A DNA stretch of 64,000 nt from Octopus vulgaris (taxonomy: Eukaryota). The stretch spans positions 52,700,001 to 52,764,000 of the forward strand of contig OX597819.1 of NCBI GenBank assembly GCA_951406725.2. The letters are read 5' to 3'. Below the pieces are notes generated by a model that was not told the DNA's origin, made no database searches, and worked only from the letters and a program-made list of their open reading frames with translations. This document shows, one piece after another, positions 53,724 through 64,000 of this stretch (position 1 is the first letter of the stretch; the number at the start of each line of letters is the position of its first letter). The position numbers and the translations under genes are program-made.

Positions 53724-55322
53724 GATGATATTTTTCCATGATTATCATTAGACTGAAAATCTGAAAGAAGAGGTGCAATTCACTGAATCATTTCTAGTAG
53801 TGGCACTTATTATATCAAGTCCAAAGAGATAAAAGGCTAACTCAACTCCCAGTGAGATTTGAACTCGAAACATAAAGGAATGTAACGAAATGAAGTGAAA
53901 CGTTTTGTCCAGCACTCAACCAATTCATCCAATCCCACACCCTTATCATTGTAAGAATAGTAATAATGGTGATGGTGATGGTGGTGGTTGTAATAAAATT
54001 AGAAGTAAATAAAAATGTGTAAAATTAAAAATGAATAAAAAATAATTTAACAAACTACTACTTTTTTAAGTAAGAAGAGAAAACAGAAAAAGGAAAAGAA
54101 GATAGATAGATAGAGAGAGAGAGGGGGGGAGAGAGTGGGGGATAAAAGATAAAATGAAATAGAACAAATTAGAATTGCAACATGGATGAAAGCTGAGTTA
54201 ATTAGAGCTTAATGCATTTATATTTCATCAAGCAAATAATTAAAGAATGAATTTAACAAACTATCTTTTAAAATGTTATCACTGCCAACTCCTAAATCAA
54301 TTTTAATAATTTCTTTTTTATTGTAATTCAGGGGTTTGTTTTGTTATTTTTTATTCTTTATTTATTATCATTTTTTTTTTTTTTTTTTTTTTTTTTGAAA
54401 AAATTATCATTTCAAGTTGCAGAAATTTATTTCTTGCAAGAAATTGTGTGTATGCTTTTGTGTGTGAGTGTGCATATACAGATATGCATGTGTATGTGTG
54501 TGTGTGTGTATGCATGCATGTGCATGCATATGTGTGTGGCAATACATGTGTGTCCTGAATTTCTTTAGCTAGTGGAAGGGATGTTGAAGTCGCAATAATA
54601 TGAAAAATAGCCAAACCATTTAAATAAGGTGGACATTCACAGAACAAAGACTAACGGAACCAAAATATTGTTTGCAGGTACCATCACACAGCCACTGCTA
54701 TCATTATTATCATCATTTCATTTACCATCCATTATGTTTTTTTTTTTTCTCCCTCCAATACTTGTCACTGGGTTATCTAGATCTGGCAGCTCAATCCCCA
54801 TCTGTCAACCATATCGACATCACAGGCAATAACGATGGTTACAACAGGTACCCAGGCAGGAGTTAGTGAAGTGGATATTTTTACAGTTAGATGCCTCGAC
54901 TATTGACCACAGCATGCAGATAAGAGAAAACTCATCATTATTTAAGTCCACCTAACTCATGCTAGCAATGAAAATAATTGCTATTTGATAATGTAGTCCT
55001 TGATACATTATGTCTAATAACATATAAAAAAATAAAAAGAAAAAACATGGAATGGTTACAGCTGGATTGTCTTTGATAATAGGTCTGCTTGATCAGAGCT
55101 GACATGGTGCTACACAATGATATTATTATTATTCGTATTAATAATAACGCTATTAATAATTTATTTAATAACAACAATATTATTATTACCAATTTGATAA
55201 TAATAATACTATTAGATAATATTAATGCTAATGATTTTTAACTTTAGCTACCAGATAACCATAAATCTGTAGGGAAAGGGTTATTGCTGAGTGAGTTAAC
55301 TTTAAAATACCTGACTGATATA

Positions 55323-55423
55323 TGAGGGCTGTACTAAATGAAATGCAAAAGTGGTCATAACAGATATTAGTTATTCCACATTACTCAGTAAGAGGCATAG
55401 AGCCGGTTTCCCAGTTTCTCTGG

Positions 55424-55496
<73 letters not shown>

Positions 55497-55607
55497 ATAT
55501 ATATATATATATTGTAGATCTTTAGCTGGGCTAAAAAGTCACATTCGATCACAGCACCAGTAACAGTTAAGCTTCGTGCAATGGCCATACTTGATAACGA
55601 GGGGGCA

Positions 55608-55676
<69 letters not shown>

Positions 55677-57248
55677 ACATACACACACATACATTCTTCC
55701 TTGGTCAGGATACCAGTTCCATCACAGAATTACTGATTTTTACCAGTTAAGTAGACTGGAGCAATGGGAAATGAATTTTTGCTCAAGAATACACTGCATC
55801 AACCAGTCCAGGAATTGAAACCATAATCTCACAATCATGAGATCAACACTCTAACCACTCAGCTATGCCCCTCCGCATAAGTGATACAAGTTGTTCAAAT
55901 GACACATGTTGGTAGAGTAACCCATTTATTTTTTTCTTTACAGTGATTCTTGATGTTCTTCAATGAGGGAAAATAACAAGTTCCAAAATTCTTGACAAAG
56001 GAGAGGTGCAGGCTGTCTGATATTCACGAAAGGTTACAGGTTGTTTACAGAGATGACACCATTGACAAGGAAAATGTGCACAGATGAATGAAATCTAAAG
56101 AGGAAACTGGCATTGAAGAGCATCAACTGCACACAAATCACCAGTGAGTGAATGGAATTGGTTCAAGCAGATAGATAAGTCACATTTCGTGAGCTTGCTG
56201 CACAACTGCACTATGGTCACAATGCTATACAAAAGATTGTGGAAAACTTTGGGCATTGGAAAGTGTATGCAAAGTTGGTATTTTAGCAGTTGACACTTGA
56301 TTTAAATGTAAGAAAGTTGTTAATCTGCTCTGATCAGCCGGAAGCATTTGAAGCCAATAAAGGCACATTTAAAAAAAATTTGTTACCAATCCAGTACCAG
56401 TGGATGAGATGTGGGTGTATATTTATAATCTACAAAGGATAATTTAGGCAATTGAATGATAAGAATGGTGCTTGACCTCTTTTCTTGGGTCTGAGAAGTT
56501 CAAGAGGCAGAGAGTAGCACAAAAAGTCCTTGTAATTGTTTGGCAGGATGACAAGAGTATTATTTTCCTTGATTTTCTAGAACATGGCTGTACTGTGATG
56601 AGTGAGCTGCACATTACCCCCTTAGCATTTCATCCGTCCATATCTAGCCAAAATATTCTACCTGCTTTGTATTCAAACTGGCCAGATTTGGTTCCTCACA
56701 TCTACCCTACATTGTCATTCTAAAAATAAACTATCCCATCATAAAAATCTTGAAGCTTTGGGATAATGCACAATTAATTCAAAACAGTGTTAAATAAATG
56801 CATCACATTTAACAGAATAATATGAATGTTAGAGGGTTAAGACACTTGAAAAACTTAGAGAAAGCTATTAAGAGGAAGATGCCAAATAAGGATCTGAAAA
56901 GGATCCATATTCACCACAACAGACATTGCACGCCTTGGACAACAAATCAGGCACATTGGGCTGGTTAATGGGCCCCCATCTACTGATCTGGTACCTTCCA
57001 GATTTGATGAGACAGACAATGTTAAAGTGGCTTTGAAGAAGTGGATACAACAGTGTTCACCTGAATTTTTTTTTTTAGAGGATTCAAGAGTTTGGTTTAC
57101 CAATGACACAAATGCATCGCTTATGATGCAGGTCATGTTGAGTGTTTTTGCATGAAAGCAGAGTTACACTACAATGCAATTTGAATGACCTGTGTCAGTT
57201 AATAAAAATGTTGTGCCCATTTTTACGTTACTTTTGGTAGAATCCTCA
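55323..57248 (+). mobile_element. Old mariner element carrying nested insertions
   Basis: Imperfect TIRs TGAGGGCTGTACTAAA / TTTGGTAGAATCCTCA. Motifs DEMWVY, KVLVIVWQDDKSIIFLDFLEHG and a PSTDLVPS (SPDLAPSD-like) remnant. Confidence 0.75.
56618..56836 (+). mobile_element. TTAA-type MITE family B nested in the mariner
   Basis: CCCCTTAGCATT...AATGTTAGAGGG|TTAA. It interrupts the transposase reading frame. Confidence 0.8.
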
Positions 57249-57442
57249 TTCTTTTATTCTTTTATTTGTTTCAGTCACCCAACTGTGACCATGTTGGAGC
57301 ACCACCTTTAATTGTGCAAATAAACCGTAGGACTTATTCCTTGTAAGCCTAGTACATTAATATTAACTTAAAAAAGAATACTTCCTTATAGGATGTATAT
57401 GCATGCATAAGGGTGCATGTGTATATATGTATGTATATATAT

Positions 57443-57747
57443 ATCACCGTGACCGACCAGGCTATCAGAGGTTGCTACACATCGCTGGTCACAATGCACT
57501 TCGCATTGTTTTAGCCTTCAAATGACGCCACCTTGCTGGCTAAGCGAGCAGGTTAACAGAAGAAAGAGTGAAAGTTGTGGCGAAAGAGTACAGCAGGGAT
57601 CGCCGCAACCACCACCTGCCGGAACTGTGTGGAGCTTTAGCTGTTTTCATTCAATAAACACTCACAACGCCCGGTCTGGGAATCGAATAACCGCGATCCT
57701 ACAACTGCGAGTCCGCTGCCCTAACCACTGGGCCATTGCGCCTCCAC
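57443..57747 (-). mobile_element. tRNA-derived SINE, a further family
   Basis: Minus-strand head GTGGAGGCGCAATGGCCCAGTGGTTAGGGCAGCGGACT...TTCGATTCC (A and B boxes). Related heads near 50850-50935, 53165, 55780-55875 and 63460-63550. Confidence 0.85.
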
Positions 57748-57769
57748 ACATATATATATATATATAAAT

Positions 57770-57965
57770 AGGGAGAATTCACAAAAAAAAAACAAATGAC
57801 AAAGACAGGTGGTGTACACAACAAACACATGTATTAGTATAATGTTTGGGAAGTGAAAAAGTTTTTAATGTTTTGAGTCTACGCTCTTCCACAGAAAGGC
57901 ACACAGAAAGAAGCAAGGAGAGAAAATAAAGAATGTATAGTGGCTAGTGATCTATCATGGCAAAT
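57770..57965 (-). mobile_element. Probable Penelope-like pseudo-LTR fragment
   Basis: Minus strand CTTTCTGTGGAAGAGCGTAGACTCAAAACATTAAAA resembles a decayed hammerhead motif. Flanked by TA/CA repeats. Confidence 0.45.
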
Positions 57966-58911
57966 ACACACACACACACAAGTGTATGTATATATACACT
58001 ACACACACACATATATATACACGGAAGTGTGTGTGTGATCCCAAAATAGTTGTAAATGAGCAACACCATCATACTAGTGACGTTCTTCATTTCTAAGCTG
58101 TCAAGGAAATATAACCCTCTTTGGAAACAGATGAAGGCTGGCAATGGAATGGGCATCCAGCTGTAAAAAAAATTTGCTTCAATGTATTGTCTAACCCATG
58201 GTGCAGTAGTGGTGGTGGAGGTGGTTGATGATGATGATGATAATGACAACTATGACGATGATGATACCAATCCCTTCTGAGAAAAACACTGTTTGAAATG
58301 AGGCAGACAATTCATCAAACTACAAGCATTCAGAGATAAAAGGTACATGTGAATGCAGAGTGTAAAAAAGACAAACGGCATTAATAGCGGAACAGAAGGA
58401 ATAGTTAACACGAGAAGAACGAAAAAAGAAAAAGAATCCAAAAGCAACATTATCAGCACTTTCAACCTAAATACAAGAAAACAAAAGGAAATAGCATTAC
58501 AATATGCATTCCTAAGAGAGTCATAAATAAGCTGCATATGCAAAACACGTTAATGCACTTGAGACATATGCAGCAGCTGTTGTTACTGTTTAGCCCCAGG
58601 TCAGCTCTGATCCAGCAGACCTATGATCATAAGTGTTCCAGTTGTGACCTACATGTCCTTTTGTAGCAGATCAATGATCAAAAGGGTTTTGTATGTAACC
58701 ACCTAAACATTCTTTTTTGTCTTTTTTTTTGGCATGGCATGGCATAAATCAGGGCTTATATTACCTGATGTGTCCTTTTTCTTTATCTAAGATGTTAGGA
58801 TGTGGTTTTGCAGGAGATTTGGCTACCATTCCCAACAGGGTAAGCAAATGTGTAGTGACACTGCCATTAGAGTTGGCCTTAGGGCAGCAGGAAAAACTGC
58901 ATTAAGATATT

Positions 58912-59124
58912 CTTTTCTACTCTAGGCACAAGGCCCAAAATCTTTGAGGAGGGGCCAGTTGATTAGATCGACCCCAGTATACAACTGATACTTAATTTAT
59001 CGACCCTGAAAGGATAAAAGGCAAAGTCGACCTCAGCAGAATTTGACCTCAGAACGTAAAGACAGACAAAATACTGCTAAGCTTTTCACCCAGCGTGCTA
59101 ACGTTTCTGCCAGCTCACGACCTT
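58912..59124 (-). mobile_element. Nin/Deu-domain SINE with 16-bp TSD
   Basis: ACTGCATTAAGATATT at 58896-58911 and 59125-59140. Confidence 0.92.
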
Positions 59125-59406
59125 ACTGCATTAAGATATTGATAAGATTTCTAAATGGCAGAGCAAGTTTTACGACGAGAGTTAGATATCAGTGTACTGA
59201 TTATTACTGGTATCTATTTTACTGATATGACAGGCACATGCATGACTATGTAGTTAGGAAGTTCATTTCCCAAATTTAGGTTCTGTTCCACTGTGTGGTA
59301 CCTTGGGTAAGCATCTTCTACTGTAGCTCCATGCAGAGCAAAGGATTGAGAGTGAACTTGGTTGACAGAAACTTAACGAAGTTTGTCATGTATGTGTGTG
59401 TACATA

Positions 59407-60062
59407 CGTGGTCTGATCAATAAGTACCTGGATGTTATCATAGTAAAGATACTAAAGCATGCCAGCTGAAGCTGCTTAGCATAGATTGACCTTAAACCCT
59501 GCTGTGTATGTGCACTAATTTTTAACATTCTAGCTCACTTCTGCTGTTTACAGCAATGCTTGGAAGGAGGTGTGAGTGTGGTCATTACATTGAACATAAC
59601 AGAGAAAGTTGATCAGAGAATCTGCATCAAATTTTGCCAAAAGCTAGGCGATACCTGCTCAGAGGCCTATGCAAAGTTTACAAAAAGTTTTCATCCTACT
59701 CAACACAATCATGGAGAATTTGTGCAACTGAAACCTGAGTGTATTTTTGGACAGCTGAAATCAGTTTTGGCACAAACTTGACAGACACACATCTCATACT
59801 CAAAATCTTCAGTGATAGTGGACTGAACTGAATTGTAACTAATCTACACATCTTTTGATAACTCACAGATGGTGATTCAATGATTTCTCCTCACAGCTGT
59901 AGGCAGATCTGCGATGTTTTTCTCAGTCCTACTGGAGTGGCTCACCCAAAACATTCGTCAATATCGACATTTTTTTAGCCATCTTGGAAACATCTGAACC
60001 ACTCATACACTTGTGTGCAGCTCATACACTCCTCTCCATACACTTTCTGCAACTTTGCCTCT
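59407..60062. mobile_element. Mariner 5' part with an internal inversion
   Basis: Plus strand QRICIKFCQKLGDTCSEAYAK. The continuation KLQKVYGEECMSCTQVYEWFRCFQDG is on the minus strand, reading left from ~60055. Confidence 0.75.
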
Positions 60063-60065
60063 GAT

Positions 60066-60279
60066 CAGATACCGGTGTCACGCAAATGGCACCTGTGCCG
60101 GTGGCATGTAAAAGCACCCATTACACTCTTGGAGTAATTGGCATTAGAAAGGGGATCCAGCCGCAGAAAACTATAGCAAATTAGATTGGATCCTGGTGCA
60201 GCCTTCCAGCATGCCACCCCAGTTAAACTGTTCAACACATACCAGCATGGATAATGGACACTAAATGATGATGACGATG

Positions 60280-60280
<1 letters not shown>
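60066..60280 (+). mobile_element. SINE/retroposon 3' part (GGAAGGGCATCCAG-motif family)
   Basis: Collinear with 12407-12623, with (ATG)n tail. Confidence 0.78.
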
Positions 60281-60310
<30 letters not shown>

Positions 60311-61435
60311 TTGGGTCATCCCATAAAAGTTGGAGAGGGATAGGATAAACTATCTGCATCAACTTTGTATATAAGCAAGTAGTAATTTTACCTTGTACTT
60401 ATTATTAGAGCAAGTTTTGAAGAGTCAGTTTGATTTTAACAGTTATTTTTTCCAGGCTATAATGGGTAAGCCAGTCTCAATGGTGGTTCCAGAAATTCCG
60501 AGCCAAAAACTACAGCCTAGAAGATGAGCCTCATCTTGGAAAATCTGTAGAGCTTGAGAAGGAAATCCTGCATACCCTGGTGGAACAAAATCCCATTGTA
60601 ACTGTTGAGGAACTAGAAGAGAAGCTTGAATTTGGTCATTCATCGACACCTGTGTGTCATCGAAAAAGTCAGAAAACTGGGTCAATGAGTTTCCCCACAA
60701 ACTTTCTGAATCTAATCGCATGCAAAGAGTGAATGTGTGCTCTTTGTTGCCACATCTCACGAATGAACCTTTATAAATAGTGACTGGTGACAAGAAATGG
60801 GTTCTCTATAAAAATGTCAGGCACCAAAGACAGTGGGTAAGGAAAGGAGAAACACTGGTACCCAGATTAAAGGAGGTCTTCACCCATATAAGGTACTGTT
60901 ATCTGTTTGGTGGGATATGAAAGGTTTATTCCACTTTGAACTCTTAAACCCAAACCAAATGAAAACAAAGGAGATCTACTGTGAGCAGCTTGAGTGGCTG
61001 AAGTCAGCACAAGGAGAAAAACAGCCATCTTTGGTTTCAAGACGAAAGGTGTTCTTCCATCAGGATAATGCTCAGCCACAGATAGTAAAGATGACATTCC
61101 AAAGGCTGGAGCAGTTTGAATGGTAAACGATACCTCACCCACTATATTTGCCAGATATTGCCCCATCTCATTATCATTTATTCTGCAGTCTTCAAAAGCA
61201 TTTAGACAGGGAAAATATGAATTCTGTAGATGAGGTCAGAACAGTACTGAAGGAGTATTTTTTGTCACAGACAAGTGAATTTTGGAAGATGGGCCTTGCA
61301 AGTCTACCACATAGATGAAAGAGCATTGTAGAAATTGAAGGAGGGTAAATTTTAGATAAAAAAAGAACTTTGTTTATCTTAATTTTGAAAAATAAAAGAA
61401 GCATAAAGAACCGTATTATTTATGAGATGACCTTA
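60311..61435 (+). mobile_element. Near full-length mariner (DD34D) with pseudogenised transposase
   Basis: TIRs TTGGGTCATCCCATAA / TTATGAGATGACCTTA with TA flanks. Motifs IVTGDKKWVLY, VLLSVWWD, HQDNA and YLPDIAPSHY. Confidence 0.9.
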
Positions 61436-61877
61436 TATATAGTGAGTCACAGTCCAACCTCTAGCGCTGGAGAAATTTCTTGCCTATTATACGCATTGAT
61501 GGTAGCTAGATCATATGTATATTAAGGAAGACTCATTATTATACATTCATTATTATACCAATCAATTTACAATCAAATTCAATTCGTGGTAAGGAAGAAA
61601 AAAGTAATAAAACAAAATGAAAAAAGAACAGAAACAAAATTGATACAAAGAATTGTCAAAGAGAAATGACGACCTGGAAGACCAAGAGATAAATAAATAA
61701 GCAGTGTAGTGGGTGCTTTATATGTGCCAGTTACACAACACTGGTATCGGCTATGGCTATGATATCACTTGGCTCCAATGGGTCTTCTCAAGTATCAAAA
61801 TTCATTGAAACAAAGGCAGGGTATTTCAATAGAAATGCAGTAACAAAAGGGTTAAATTTAATATCTAAATATTCACA

Positions 61878-62270
61878 GGCGCAGGAGTGGCTGTGTGGTA
61901 AGTAGCTTGTTTACCAACCACATGCTTCCAGGTTCAATCCCACTGCATGGCACCTTGGGTAAGTGTCTTCTACTATAGCCTCGGGCAGACCAAAGCCTTG
62001 TGAGTGGATTTGGTAGATGGAAACTGAAAGAAGCCCGTCGTATATATATATATGTGTGTGTGTGTGTTTGTGTGTCTATGTTTGTCCCCCTAGCATTGCT
62101 TGACAACCGATGCTGGTGTGTTTATGTCCCCGTTACTTAGCGGTTCAGCAAAAGAGACCGATAGAATAAGTACTGGGCTTACAAAAGAATAAGTCCCGGG
62201 GTCGAGTTGCTCAATTAAAGGCGGTGCTCCAGCATGGCCACAGTCAAATGACTGAAACAAGTAAAAGAGT
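61878..62270 (+). mobile_element. Full-length young tRNA-CORE SINE (OR1-like)
   Basis: Near-identical reverse complement of 47435-47842. Confidence 0.93.
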
Positions 62271-62699
62271 AAAAAAAAAAGAGATCATCAGAGCCAGCAC
62301 AGAAGTGGTAGCATAATCCTAGTGAGGAAGTAATTCATCCAGCAACCCAGCTGGCCGAGTAAAACTATTTTGGTTAGTTCTGAACCTTTTTACAAATGCA
62401 AGTAAGTAGCCAAGAGTTTTAACCACTCAGCAACAACAGCCCTGCAGACAATTATATTTTATAATATAATATAATCTTGAAAAATAGAATATTTCACCGT
62501 AATTTCAATATTTTAATATAGGAAGAATTGTTTCTGCTCGTTTTTTTTTTGTTTTTTTTTTTTAGTGTTTTTGTTTTCAGAGACTCCAGAAAACATCATG
62601 GAAAAAAATTTTTTTTTAAATAAATAAGAAAAAAAAATGGATGCATTTAATTACATGAAGAGAAAAAGAGATTGTTTGTTGCTGAAGAAGCTCTATCAC

Positions 62700-62749
<50 letters not shown>

Positions 62750-64000
62750 GAATGATAATAAGAACAAAAACACAAGAGTAAAAAAAAAACAGAAAGAAGG
62801 CTGGGAGAAATAAGAGATAATAAAAAAAAAAGCCAAAACAACTTCACCAAGAATATTCAAAAGGAAGGAGGAGTAGATAGGGAAGAGCAGGAGGATGGAA
62901 ACCAAGGCAAGATAGAAAACCGAAAAAAAAAAAAAAATTGAAGAGATAAATCTAACAATGAGGTGAAGGAGGGCAGGAGGGAGAGGGAATGAAGAGATAG
63001 CGAAAGGAGAGAAGGGAGAAAGATATTGATTATTTAAATTTCTGAAAAGAAGACAAATAGCTTTATTTATAAACCACTTTCAAGAAAGAAACAAGAAACA
63101 TAAGTTAGAATTTCCATGTTCCTGTTTTACCTTTTTTTTTTTTTTGTTTTTAATATTTAACCAATGAAAAACAGACGATAAGTATTAGTTGGAAATTTAG
63201 TTACCACCAGTCCACCAATGGAGGGCTGTCATTTGTAGATATCAAGCTAATAGAGAGAATCCCTAAAGCACAAAACATCAGCATCACCAGTCACTGGGCA
63301 TTAGTGTCTCATGTCCAAGGATTCATAGGTCCAGTCACCCAATTTTCATGGCTTCTAAGAAACCCCAATTACAACATTTCTCCTGAACAAGAAGCCATTC
63401 CATCACAGCATTACTCAGTTACAGCTGAGTGGACTGCAGCAACACAAAATGAAGAGTTTTGCTCAAGACCACAATGCACTGCCGAGATCAGACATCAAAA
63501 CCATGACCTTGCAATCGTGGGTACAACACCCTAACCACTAGGCTATGTGCTTTCACTGAAATACAATCAGTTGTTGCCATTAAAATGCTAAATGGCAACC
63601 CCAATAATGCCAATGGTATGAAAAAAGCACCCACTACACACTGTAAAGTGGCTGGCATTAAGAAGGGCATCCAGCCATAGAAATCATGCCAAAACAGACA
63701 CTGGAATATGATTCAGTCCTTGACTCATTAAATCCATGTCAAACCATCCAATCTATGCTAGCATTGGCATTAAATGATGATGATGATAATAATAAAGAAT
63801 AGCAGATCATTGCACCTATCACTAAACCAGCAATTTTCACCAACGCTCTAACAATTCTGCCAAGAATAATAACCAACTCTGTAACAAGAGTTGCAATCTT
63901 CACTACCTTGCAATAAAGGAAGCACTGATCATACAAAACAGAGGATCTCTCATGTAGTCATTTGACCTTCTAGAATCAACAGTCAAATACCCCTCAAATC

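Noticed and set aside
57660-57747. tRNA-like sequence
   Set aside because: It is the head of a SINE, continuous with a repeated body, and lacks a proper acceptor stem.

Overview
AT-rich eukaryotic DNA with no intact protein-coding gene that I can support. It is dense in microsatellites (TA, CA, GA, ATT, ATC). The SINE families match what I recall from octopus (coleoid cephalopod) genomes, but this is from memory and not from a search. Most long ORFs in the track are microsatellite translations; the protein-like ones are decayed transposon fragments (mariner DD34D, maT/DD37D, hAT, CR1/L2-type and RTE LINEs). Also present are several tRNA-derived SINE families, TTAA-, TA- and hAT-type MITEs, and a non-autonomous Helitron. 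The window looks like a large intron or gene desert, and the A-rich plus strand suggests minus-strand transcription. The main leads are: (1) a near-perfect pri-miRNA-like hairpin at 41177-41247; (2) a Penelope-like relic with a minimal hammerhead-ribozyme motif inside a 120-bp inverted repeat; (3) a LINE 3' end that shares its tail with the dominant SINE; (4) candidate non-coding minus-strand exons; (5) several structured unique islands and inverted SINE pairs that could be A-to-I editing substrates. All folds and alignments were done by eye, and repeat boundaries are approximate unless TIRs or TSDs are cited.
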